The position numbers and the translations under genes were made by a program. From contig OZ076409.1 of assembly GCA_964187785.1 (NCBI GenBank), forward strand, positions 61,444,001 through 61,508,000: a DNA stretch of 64,000 bases, written 5' to 3'. Of this stretch, positions 12,032 through 23,522 are shown piece after piece. Position 1 is the first letter of the stretch; every line of letters begins with the position of its first letter. The notes beneath the pieces were generated by a model. That model ran no database searches and had not been told where the DNA came from. It saw only the letters and a list, made by a program, of their open reading frames with translations. The DNA comes from Amphiscolops sp. MND2022. Its lineage: Eukaryota.

Positions 12032-12275
12032 TGTTGAATATCTCAAGGAAATCATGCGGCTCATCATGAAATAACTCATTCAAAAATCATAAATTGTTCA
12101 TAAATTCATTCAGCTTCAATGAAACAGAATTGTTAAGTTCTTCATGTCGATAACCATTTCAGTTGTTTTCAATTTCCCGCTTTAATCAGTTCTACTTTTT
12201 TCGTTTCTCTCTCAACGAATAAACAGTTTAATAGAAACAACAGTTTTTATTAATCATCTGAACTAACACCGTACA
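12032..12275 (+). repeat. BEL 3' LTR
   Basis: TGTTGAATATC...CGTACA, preceded by PPT and followed by TSD. Confidence 0.93.
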
Positions 12276-14079
12276 ACAGTGATAACCATCACCAACAAGT
12301 ATCTAAAATCGGGATGAAAATTCGAATAAAGACACCAACTCGTTTTTTTTTGTAATCAACCTATGCCCCAACGCTTAGCATTGAATCGGGTATAGAACAC
12401 TAATGCGATATTCACCAATACGAAACCTGAAAATGGTATGAGAATTAACTAACCGATGAGACCAAATTTCCAAGACCAAACCACGTCTGGGTCGATAATT
12501 GACCTTCATTGTCAATGAGTCACAATATACGCAATCCATGTATACTAACTTCCACAAATCATTCAATCATTAACACACCTTAAACCTTGGGGGAGGGGTC
12601 ATTGGTGAATGTGCGATTGGGAGGAACATATTGACTACTTACAAGGGGGGTTGTCGAGCACCCTGAAGTGCGCGGCTCCCCCGAAGTGCACACCCAAAGA
12701 GTTTTCACTCGCTGCATACACGAAGTAGACAATATCCATCACACTCAGTACCAGCCCAGTCCAAATGGGGGCACTTCTCGGAAGTCTCAGCAGCAATTTT
12801 TCAAGTCTCTCACTTCTCACTGACGTAATACAATTGAGTTATCCGCTTTCAAATTTTCACGTCATTTTTTAAAAAAGAACGATAAATACGCAGTCCGTAC
12901 TGTACGCTTTTGAAATTGAAGATCGCGATTTCTGTTCACCCAAAACTCCGAAGAGGCTATTTAGCTCTGTCGTGACATTGTCCTCGCTCAGAAAGTTTTT
13001 TTTTAGTTCGCAGAAATTCAATGTGTAAATATGAGTAATACTTATATTTCCTGTCATAAATACAGTGGGTACCTTCCGTATACTGTTCCGGTCTCATGTA
13101 CCATGATATCTTTTTGTCAAAATATGACATAAGTAACGGGACTCGTTCTTGCCTTTTGTAACGGCACCCTGTGATCAGCAAAATTTTCGAATTTGACGAT
13201 TTTCTGAAAAATTCGTTCAAAAGTGACGTGGCCGTCAAACATGAGTTCACGGGGTACAAGTTCCTCAAAATTATAGAGAGAGTGCGCAAGCAGAGACCGC
13301 GAGGCGGAAAAAAGAAGCGGAACGTCGATAAAGTGCGTGAAACGTCACAAAACAGAAAAACCGTAGCCTATGCGCTGATTTCCACGGTGCCCATCGCAGT
13401 TCCCACAGAATCAGTATGTCCGAGTGTTTATAATATCCGGACCCAGGGTTGTGCAGAACCCGAGAACAAGTGCCATGCCAGCTAGACCCAATTCGCCAAA
13501 CTGGATTTTAACTCTTCTTTGATGTGTTTGTTGATTTGTTTGATGAATTCTCAATTCGAGAGCTACCCTTGTTAATGTTGATGTCATTTACGATAGATTC
13601 CCGTCTGGAACTTGGATTTAGATCGTTCTATGCAACTCGACCCCTTTTTTACAGGCTATTTACGAAGTGGATACGAAGACGAAGCGTATTTCATGTGACT
13701 AGTAGCAGTTACAGACCGGAACAGGTCAGAAAGCATCCCTAGAGACAGTTCTCCCTTCTCGGGACCGGCATTCCTTAGGAGGACAAAATGGACAGCAGTT
13801 GTGGTGATTAGTCCCGAATCTTGACCCACAGCTTCGGTTCCTCCATCCCTAGTAGCGAATAAACGCTCAGCGCTTTTCATTATATTTTGTTATTGTCGCA
13901 TTTACCTCTGTCTGTGAATCTCAAATGTCTCAAATAGTGGATTACCACAATCAGATGATAAATTTGCCTTGATAAATTTGTACAACAAAAAACCAAATGG
14001 GAAAGCAAGTAGAAAGGTTTGTGATTCCTGATTTTACTCCTGTTCAATTTGTTTAATATTTTGCAGCAAAATAGATGCT

Positions 14080-14463
14080 AAAAAATCCCAAAGGATCTCC
14101 CCTTCCACATTTTTTGGCACTATGAGACTGTTTCAAAATTCTCATTCTCGTCTGATATTAGGTTTTGTCAATGTATATCCAATAGTTTTTTAAAATTCTA
14201 TCCGAATTTTTGACGTAATATCCGAACTATATTGCGTTTATCAAGCAGGAAGCGGAGGCTCGAAAACAAGTGTTCACATTTGTTCCAGCACGCTATATCC
14301 GACCTTCGAACTTCTGAAGCGTTTTCTGAGCACGAAAGGCACCTTTTCGGTGTTTCAAAACTTTTTTGTGAGTCTTTCATAACGTCCTGGGCATATTTCA
14401 AAATCTTTTTGACCTTTTTGAGCCTTAGTTATAGCGCTGACTTGAGACGTTCCCGTCTTGTTG
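14080..14463 (+). mobile_element. Helentron/HINE-like repeat, partial copy (left boundary approximate)
   Basis: Ends GCGCTGACTTGAGACGTTCCCGTCTTGTT, a reverse-complement variant of the family terminus AACAAGCCGGGAACGGCCCAAGTCGGCGC. Confidence 0.6.
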
Positions 14464-16068
14464 GGTAATGCTATTCGCTTCAAGACTCGACATTTTTAGC
14501 TAGTCAAGCTCCAGTTGAAAAACAGGAAAAATTTTTATGTTATGACAAAATCAGTCGTTAGAATTATTCGATAGATTTTAAAGCTAGAGATTTAGAAGTC
14601 AGTCTCGTGGAAGAAACTTTTTAAATTATTAGAAAATTATGAAATGGTCTCCGAGATTTTTAAACTTTTCTACTTTTCACTCCACTTCTTTACTTGTAAC
14701 GTTACTCCATTTTATTCAAATTTCAGCAGCAATCACTTTCATGACCCTTTAAGATAAAGCCCGAAAAAACTGTTGACTTTCCGCAGGCACTGTATCCTGC
14801 CTAACTTCTTGAGAGCATACCGAAGTTTCATCACTGCCCGAGGAGACTTACTGCTTTGCAGTTTTTCAGAAAAGGTTACCTTGCAACGGATTTGCAAGAA
14901 AAAGGTTGACCTCAAAAGGAAAGCAATTTTCAACGAAATTGATTCCAAATTCAGAAAGCAACAAATTTTTAGAGCTAGTAAACTTTAGTGATTTTGAGTA
15001 ACTCAATGCCTTTTCTCGTCTTTATTTTCTTGCCGGTGACTGGATCAAAGTGGGGTATCTGATCTGTTACGTCAGCTTCATTCTCCTCAGGTATTGCAGA
15101 GCCTATCTTTCGTTTACTCTCTCGCACACTGAAATCTCTAAAAGATAAGAATCGTTATTCTCTTTATGCCATGAAACAGTTCAATTTGAAAAAGATTAAA
15201 ACTATTTCGATCCATTTGGCAATTAGAACTCACGTTCTCTTGCCTCCAAGCCACTAGCACAAGAAATTGGGAGTTGACTGCGAACAACTATATTTATGAG
15301 TTTAGTAGTGTTTGGTGAATGGAAGCCAAGCGTTCAATTACTCCAATCGAGTGCGTTTCAAAAAGCTCTTCTGTCAAGCGCTGACAACGTGAAAAATGCC
15401 CTTTTTGAACTGTTTTCTTCAGTGCTATTCAAGAACAAGACTTCTTAGGGACCCTGTCAAACATTTTAGAGTCAAATTAGGCGAAAAAAGTGTTCAAAAT
15501 GATGGATAATATTGGGTAAAATACTGATAAGGTTAAACGAACTAATGAATAGCGTAACGTATTGGTGTTAGACATTAGTACGTTTGACTTGCATAATACT
15601 GCTAATACTGCCTCCGGGTATTTGGTCAAAATCGATTCCGACAAACACGATTCTGCTCTGACGCTAAATAGAGACGCTATCATCAATGTAGTAGTGCATA
15701 GACTTAGACAGACCGTAGTCCCACGCCATACAGAGTGACAACGCCATCAGACAACCTTGCAACATTGTCTCCTGCAGTAACTCTCAAGCGTATTGTTCAA
15801 GAAAACAATCAATTTCATCTGCAGCTATTCCAGGAAACGTTTTCGCCAGTTATTGTTTTGGCTATAGCTTTATAAAGACTTCGGCACTTTATTCTAGCAA
15901 AATTATCATGAAGAATTTTCTCCATGTTTCTGAGAACGTTTATTAGTTATTCTGCTAGTATATTTTCGTTCAATGGGACATGCATTTTCTAACCTTCTCA
16001 GAGACTGTCGGCTGCTGGCTTTCTGAAACATATGAAGATAATTTTTAAAATCCTAATAAAAATATTAT

Positions 16069-16979
16069 TGTCGTAATCTTGGTCTGAGGTCTGGGAGTCC
16101 GTCGAGATCTCCCAATTCAAACCTCTATGACTGCTGAATTTCTTATCTGTTTTCATGCTGTTTTGTTGGTCTTGAGGGCCTAACTGTCCTCCTGAACTGT
16201 TATGCGGTCTGGTGGACCTGTGGGCCAAAACACCGCTATAACATTTAGAGCCTTTGTCTGGTCCTGGAGACCTGTAGTCCGTTTGACCATATTGTTCTCC
16301 TGAGTTGCTGTTCGGTCTATTGGACTGGTGGTCCGTCTGACTTGAACAAACTCTATGGTCTCTATCTAGTCCCCTGGACCGGTGGGACAAGTGACAAGAT
16401 TGGTCTCTTCGGCCCTTGTTATTTAGTCTATTGGACCAGTGGTCCACACTATTGGAACGTTCTCTAAGGCCCACATTAAGTCTTTGGGACTGGTGGTCCC
16501 TATGGCCAAAGTGATCTTCGGGGCTCCTGTTTAGTCTACCGGACTGTGGGTCCCTAATTGCGTCTGATCCCGAATTTTGAACTCCTAGTACGTTTTGAAT
16601 GCATGGTAATACCTTTTCAGTGATTGCTGAGTTGATAACTTCCAAAATTTGTGTATTCAAATCACTTCTCATTTCATCTAATTTCCTTGTCACCTGGGAC
16701 GTGATTTCATTGTTTATCGGGCCTTGCGGTTTCAATGGTAATTTCGCTATTTTCCCTACTATTGGTATTAATCAGTGACCTGAAGTCTTCACTGATAGGA
16801 TTTGCAGTTTGAAGGCCATTAGACTCAAGGTCTAATTCAGTCTCTCTTTCTCCTAGCTGACTGTCGAACTCATTTCTGGAGTAATTTCCTAACATTATAT
16901 CTACATTCTCTAAGTCGGACATCACGTCCGATTGTCTTGACCTTTTCTCCCTAGCCTTTTGTTCTCTCGTCGAAGGCAT
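16069..16979 (-). pseudogene. LTR-encoded Gag-like leader (~303 codons, one frameshift near 16720)
   Basis: MPSTREQKAREK...DQDYD plus one terminal A; frame stays open to the LTR end; Gag identity inferred from the parallel at 34850. Confidence 0.65.
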
Positions 16980-17908
16980 TTGAAGAATTTATTGCTCGGA
17001 AAAGAGTGTATTGAGCTTTTACCACTTAACTAAACTTAAACTGAGAGAAAATGAATAGAACAGAACAATAACAAGGATTGATCAATGAGCAACAATTTGT
17101 GATTTCTGGTTTGCGTAGCAGTATTCAGAAGTTGTGTCCTTTAGACAAGGAGGATCAGCTATTTATACTAAATGATGCATGACAAGCATAATTTCAATGG
17201 TCATGTTACTAAAAATAGCAACTAAATTTGGTCAAAATGACCCTAGGTCCTGACGTCTACATTGCGTCATTATTAGATCATATCTAAAAATAGCATCGTT
17301 TGGGTTGAGGGTCTGTGAATGGGAGAATGAGATAAGGACTGACAGGCGGCTTGCCTTTCAAGTCACGTTGCGCGTAGCTTGAAAGGTCAGCGCTTGTTTG
17401 CACAGTACGCTTATGTAAATATTACGTCACTGCGGACCGGTGGTCCATCCGTCTAAATATCGTTAGCAACTACCGCACTGCGGACTGGTAGTCCGTTTGA
17501 CTAAATACATGTACTACATGTTGGACAAGCAGATTAAATGAATGATAAATACTAGCACATGATTGGATAATAATCAAAATGGACTGCGCGTCAAACTGAC
17601 CAAAGTGAATTTCACTTTGAACGCGTTTCCTTTATTGCACAGAGCTTAATTACAGTACTTGTTATTGATCCAACAAACATCAATCATCCTTTTCTGGTTT
17701 ACATTAACACTAGTATATATTACATGTTTAATAATAGTAATCTAAGTTAATTTACATACTAAACATACTAAATCAAGTCCAAAGGTTTAAGGCAACGGGA
17801 CCAAAGGTCCAACTAATTACAGTGGTAGGACTCCGGGTATGTAGGACAAATGATTGTCGTTAGGGACCACTTGGTACTTGTTTCCGTCACAGGCGGCAGC
17901 CTGCGACA
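16069..17908 (-). mobile_element. Solo LTR (1840 bp) containing a Gag-like N-terminal ORF
   Basis: TGTCG...CGACA termini; perfect 5-bp TSD ATTAT (16064-16068, 17909-17913); no pol. Confidence 0.88.
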
Positions 17909-17926
17909 ATTATCTTGTGAAAACTA

Positions 17927-18535
17927 CCCGTACTGAGATTCTTCCATTCAATCCCATCGATGGGATTTCAATTATTGGCCAACGCAGTGTGGCCCCTTGG
18001 GAGCCTTTTAGAGATGCAAATTTCTATTTTTAACAAACTGACATTCCCTCTTCAGCATATCCTAAAATTTATTGCGCCTGAAAATACCTAATTTCGAATT
18101 TTTGCCTAGACATTAGTTCTTTGCGATTGGTTGTTGCTCAAATAGTAGCAGTGGTGAAATCCGAAAAAGTTTCCGCTACATAATGCAGTTCCGCCAAAAA
18201 TTTCAATTCAGTTTTGATATCCATCAAATTCAGGGCGAAATGGTATCGAAAACAGAAAATTCCCAGATACATTAATGCCCGATCAGAAGATTTGAGTATT
18301 AAAACTGTTTTTCAACCAAAACTTCAGTTTTCAGGTCTAATTGACGTGAAAACAGCAGTTTTGGTTGAATCTATAGAATCCGCCCAAACTTTAAACATCG
18401 CCGGTTCAAACGAATTTTTGTTATCTTTTCCATCGATGGCCCGTCGATGTGACCATCCTGCACAAAAGCCCATTGGTACCCATCAATGGGCCCATCGATG
18501 GCCATCAATGAACTGCGACGGGATCCCGGTACGGG
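17927..18535. mobile_element. TA-flanked MITE
   Basis: TA|CCCGTAC...GTACGGG|TA with subterminal CCATCGATGG palindromes at both ends. Confidence 0.6.
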
Positions 18536-20261
18536 TATATCAGTCGCGTATCTTGAACTTCAGGAGTAAACCATTGAATAATAAAGTTTTCATTGTATTT
18601 TGATTTTGCAGTAGCCTTTTTGGGGCTCGAGCTTTGCGAGGTGCCCATATGGCGACGTTTTTTTTCGCAGATTTCGTGACATCTGCCAACTTTTCAAACT
18701 TGTGAGGCAAATTTCTCGAAAACGAGAATAGATATGGATACCATGTACCATGTTTTCGCTACAAGTTGCGCAAGTTCCTAGGCTACATTTTCGGCGACAA
18801 AGTTTTCAAAAAAATCGGCTCCATGGTTTTTTTTGAATTTTTTTTTGAAAAAACGCTATTTTTGACTCTTTCTCATATTCGATTCCATATATCTCAGAAC
18901 GGGGACCAAATACAGAGTCCATGGTTTCTCTATTGCACCAACTTTTCATAGGCTACATTTTAGCTTAAAAATGACGTCAAAAATGTTTTTTTTTTCATAC
19001 TCAGTTTTTTGGGCAAAAAAAGATGAAAAAATGTCGATTTGTTTTTCTAATTTGTAGCTCATATTTTTCAAAAGTGATAAAAGATACAGAAACCATTTCT
19101 CCTCAAGAAAAATTACAAGGATGTAGGCTACTTTTTCGACCGTCATCAAAGTTCCCGTCATCAAGTATGACGCTATCGTTTTTCTGGAAAAAATACTTGA
19201 ATTAAAAAAAAAACTTTTCTTAGTTCTTCTATACTTGAGCTCCTATATCTCATTAGCAAGACCAAATACGGGGTTCATGGTTCTGTAAAGTGTAAGAAGG
19301 TTCTGTAGGCCACGTTTTAGGCTAAAAGTGACGTCGAACTTTTTTCGCTCTGGTTTTTTTTGGGCAAATAATGGGGGTGAAAAAAATTGAGAATTTTCCA
19401 TTTTTTTCCAATTTGTAACTGAAAATAGATACGAAAACCCTTCTCCCTCATAAGGGAGGCAAGGATGTAGGCTATTTTTTGTACCATCAAAGTTTCCGTC
19501 ATGAAATATGACGATTTCCGGTTTCAGCCAAAAAAGTTTTCATTTTTCTTTCATTTTAGTTCTTTCATCAAAATTTCCTGATCTAAGACTAGATAAGTTC
19601 ACAAGGTTGTAGACCATAGAATATAAAGAACTGGTAGCACCTTCTGCAGACTATTGAACGTTTCTGCTCGAGACCAAGCGCGACATGCCGTCGCGCCTGT
19701 TTCTAACTGTGAAACATTTGATGCAGTATAAGATAAGTAGACAACTGGCGCAAGTATGACAACCACAATTGAAATTCAGTTAAATAACATAAAAAGAGAC
19801 GAGTGGTGTCAATCTCGTTCCTTCACATTCCCCCTCTACGATTGGTTGAGCATCAAGTAACTCATTTTCACCATCTCGTTTTGTCGAGTCGCCATACATT
19901 TCCTGCAAGAATCTTGCAGAGGTCGACATGTCAGACATAATCTGCAAGAATCTTGGAAGCATCTTACTGTTTAGACAAAACCTGTCATATTCAGGCAGAT
20001 TAGATATTTCTGGAAGATTCAGACATTCTTCGCAAGATTACTGCAGGACCAGAAATTTCTTGCAATATTCTTAAACGGATCTTCCAGGGCAACGTCTGAA
20101 AATTGCAACGAACGCTGCAAGAAATATCTAGAATCTATTGAATATTTTAGAACTACAGCTTTTGGAGGCGCACTTTTGCCACGATGGTGACAGAGTGGTT
20201 GAGCGGCGACCATGATGAAGGAACTACTCAAGTGTCTAGTGAAATGACACATACATACGAC

Positions 20262-21185
20262 AAACAAGCCGGGAACGGCCCAAGTCGGCGCCATATCTAA
20301 GGCTCAAAAATTAAGAAAAGGACTTCAAGTGTCAAGTATTCTCTTCTACAGTACCCGTTTGAGGAAAAATTGAAAACAAGCCGGGAACGGCCCAAGTCGG
20401 CGCCATATCTAAGGCTCAAAAATAACAAAAGGACTTCAAAGTGTCAAGTATTTTCTTCTACAGTACCCGTTTGAGGAAAAATTGAAAAAAAAATTCCGAT
20501 TTTTTTTGAAATTTTTTAAATTTTTTTGGTCTCCCGTAAGTCGCATAGTGCCAAAACATGTAAAATGGGGCCCTTTGGAAGTTTTTTAACATCCATTCTT
20601 TTGCAAAATAGACAAAAAAATGAAGGGTGGACCATTTGGAGATATTTGCGAAAAAAGTCTCACAAAGCCGAAAAAACAAATTTGCACAAAAAAATTTTGG
20701 TCATGGCGGGACTCGAACCCATGTCATTCTGCTCGTCAGACCTCGAAAAAGTCGTAGTAGCCAAGTGGCAGTGAAGTAGCGTGACACAGTTTAGTGTTCG
20801 CGCCGGTTTAGTACCAACTTATAAAATCTGTCAGTTCGTTGGTCTTAAAAAAAAAGAAGTCACTACTATAGTCTGCGTTTTTCTTCGAAAAGCGCCGACT
20901 AAAAAATCCGATTTTTTTGAAATTTTTTTGAAATCCGATTTTTTTTGAAAAATCAGATTTTTTGAAAAAATTTTGGTCATGGCGGGACTCGAACCCATGT
21001 CATTCTGCTTGTCAGACCTCGAAAAAGCCGTAGTGGCCAAGTGGCAGTGAAGTAGTGTGACACAGTTTAGTTAGTGCCGGTTTAGTGCCAACTTATAAAA
21101 TTTATAAAATCTGTCAGTTCGTTGGTCTTAAAAAAAAGTCACTACTATAGTCTGCGTTTTTCTTCGAAAAGCGCCGACTAAAAAA
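20262..21185 (-). mobile_element. Helentron/HINE-like non-autonomous element with duplicated ends
   Basis: Subterminal inverted repeat AGTCGGCGC/GCGCCGACT, hairpin GCCG-GGAA-CGGC, A/T-run flanks; left end at ~20262 and ~20374, right end at ~20905 and ~21185. Confidence 0.75.
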
Positions 21186-22237
21186 TAATCAACAATTTAA
21201 CTTAATTGGAGATTTCTCTATCTTTGTTATATTTTCGGTTGTATTCGATGCAATATCGTATCTTTAATACTGTAAACATGTGTACATTGGTTTTCCTGAT
21301 CCTGTATTAGTCCTTCAATTCAAATGTATCTCACTCTTTCCCTTCCAAGTTACTTCCAAGATTCAGCATTTTCTTCAATGTTACTTACACAATTCAGGCA
21401 TTTACTTGCAAGATGAGGCATTTTCTTTTGAGGTATTCTCAAGATCACCCATTTTCGACTAAGTTATTTTGAAATTCGGGCATTTTCTTCCAAATTAGTG
21501 CTAATATTCAGACATCTCTTGAAAGATCAGACATTTTCTCCAAGGTCTTTCAAGATACCAGCAAGATTAGTGCACTGTCTTCCAACTACTCGGAAGTGAA
21601 ATTTGACAGATTCTTGCAGAAAAAATATGGAAGCTCGACGAGTGTTGACAAACCAAATACCGATATATATCACATAAAAATCGTTTCTAAATATAATTCT
21701 CTTCGAACATTGGGTTTCAGTTCAGTTGCCATGTCACTAGAGAAAAAGTTTTAATTGCAAACACTCGATGCGAATGGTATTTCTGTTCTTTTTCACTTTC
21801 TCAGGTATTTTTACCATTTCTTAGCTTTCAAAAAATTGTAGAAAATATTCAATCAAAAACTGTGAAAATGAAACACTTCAAACAACTGAAAGAGCAGAAT
21901 TTTCATTTTGTTTTGTGTACATGTAAATGTAATAAATACAATAGAAATAAACTAAAAATTATTATAATAATAATAAAATATAGCTTTTCCATGAAAACAA
22001 AGAAACAATCAAAAATCAAGCCAGCAGACACTCGAAGTGCGAGCAACACAACTGGAGCGTTGCCTGAAAATTATCAGCGGAATATTGCGCCTAGAGTTTC
22101 GACTGATAACTAGTCAACGAGATTGCAGCTAGAGACGGCATTATACCTCTCAAAATTTAGTTCACCTCAACAAAATCAGTTTCTTGGTTAACACGTCGGG
22201 CAACTATCAGGCAGGTGGCTCTTCCACAAAAACTTAG

Positions 22238-23522
22238 TGTCGGAACGTGTCTCGTGTCCAATTGAGACAGTGTTTAATTCGTTCCCTTCTCTCTTACTAG
22301 AGGATATGTTTTCAGTTAGTGCTAGGACGAGATTCATTAAGTCGCTAATCGGTTTGTTTTTTTCGGAAAAGCGTAAGTCCACTGTATGCCTATCATTACC
22401 ATTCTGATAGTTTAATAAATCACCATTTTTGAAATCGTTTATTTGATCTCTCATAAGGATCTCCGGTACACTACTATCGTTTTCAGAGTCGCTGTTTCTA
22501 TCCATTCCGCTCACATCTACTAGATTATTTCTTGCTGTCTGAGATCTCGTGTTAACCATAAAGACAATTTTGGAAGTTTTTTAAGTATAATTGAAGTATT
22601 GAAGGATGATTTTTAGGTAGATATTGTAACTGAAGATTATTATAAGGTTGATGTAGTTGGTAACTGCACGTCGTTGCATAGCAATTGTTAATGGCCGTCA
22701 GTTGGTATGATGATGTTGGTCACGTGACTTCATCAACCAATCATATTGCATAAATATAATGGTTTTCATTAGCACCTTGTATTGGTAGCGCAATTTGCGT
22801 CTAAAGGCATGAGTGCAGTGATGGTACGTTGCTATGGTTACATGATTCATTGTTTAAAACATACAAGTACTATATGTAGTATAATTGCACCTATGAAAGT
22901 ATGACGATATTGTATCAATAACTTTGAAGATAATACATGTTACTATATGATGATGTCGTATCACCAACATCGACTAAATGATAGGTTATGGAATGAGTAA
23001 TAACATTGCAAGTACTTTTAGCACATGATTCAACGTAGTCAATACAACTACGTCAAATACTAGAAGCGGGTTTGATGTCTAGATAAAAATGGTTTATTCA
23101 GCACAAATGTTTGGATGATGCATGTATGACGACCACATCACAATGTATTCATGTAAAAATGTTTGAGTTGATTCCTTCAATGTTGTGTTGTAAACTGCGT
23201 TCATTCATTCTCTATTTTCTCCTTTCGTTCCATTCTTCTCTGATCTTGTGACGTTGTCCGTATGGCAGCGTCACTTCATAAATCTTGTTTATGTTGCTGT
23301 TTCTCAATTGTGCTTTCCATTTGGCGGTGCTGTACAGGTAACATCGTCGATTGTTAGTAAACATGTATGTTGCATGACATTTAGTCAACAGCCTGATCAA
23401 CTGTCCCGTTGACTCAACAATTTTCACGCAGTTTCCAAGTATGGGACTTTTTCTGTTACTTGTATAGAGTAAGCGCGGAAATTTTAATTCTCCACCACTA
23501 TCAGCAATGAGTTTCAGTTGCA
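22238..23522 (-). mobile_element. Solo LTR (1285 bp) with Gag-like leader MVNTRS...TRSD (22559-22238)
   Basis: TG...CA termini; TSD CTTAG/ATTAG; 107 codons + 1 nt to the LTR end. Confidence 0.8.

Larger units (their letters stand above)
7785..12275 (+). mobile_element. BEL/Pao LTR retrotransposon, degenerate and internally deleted
   Basis: Diverged ~245-bp LTRs; 5-bp TSD ACAGT (7780-7784, 12276-12280); PBS-like TGGTGGCCACAG at 8037; PPT GCGGGGAGAA at 12022-12031; BEL-type protein motifs. Confidence 0.95.

Noticed and set aside
20698..20770. tRNA gene
   Set aside because: Only a T-arm/3' end is recognisable, and it lies inside a dispersed repeat
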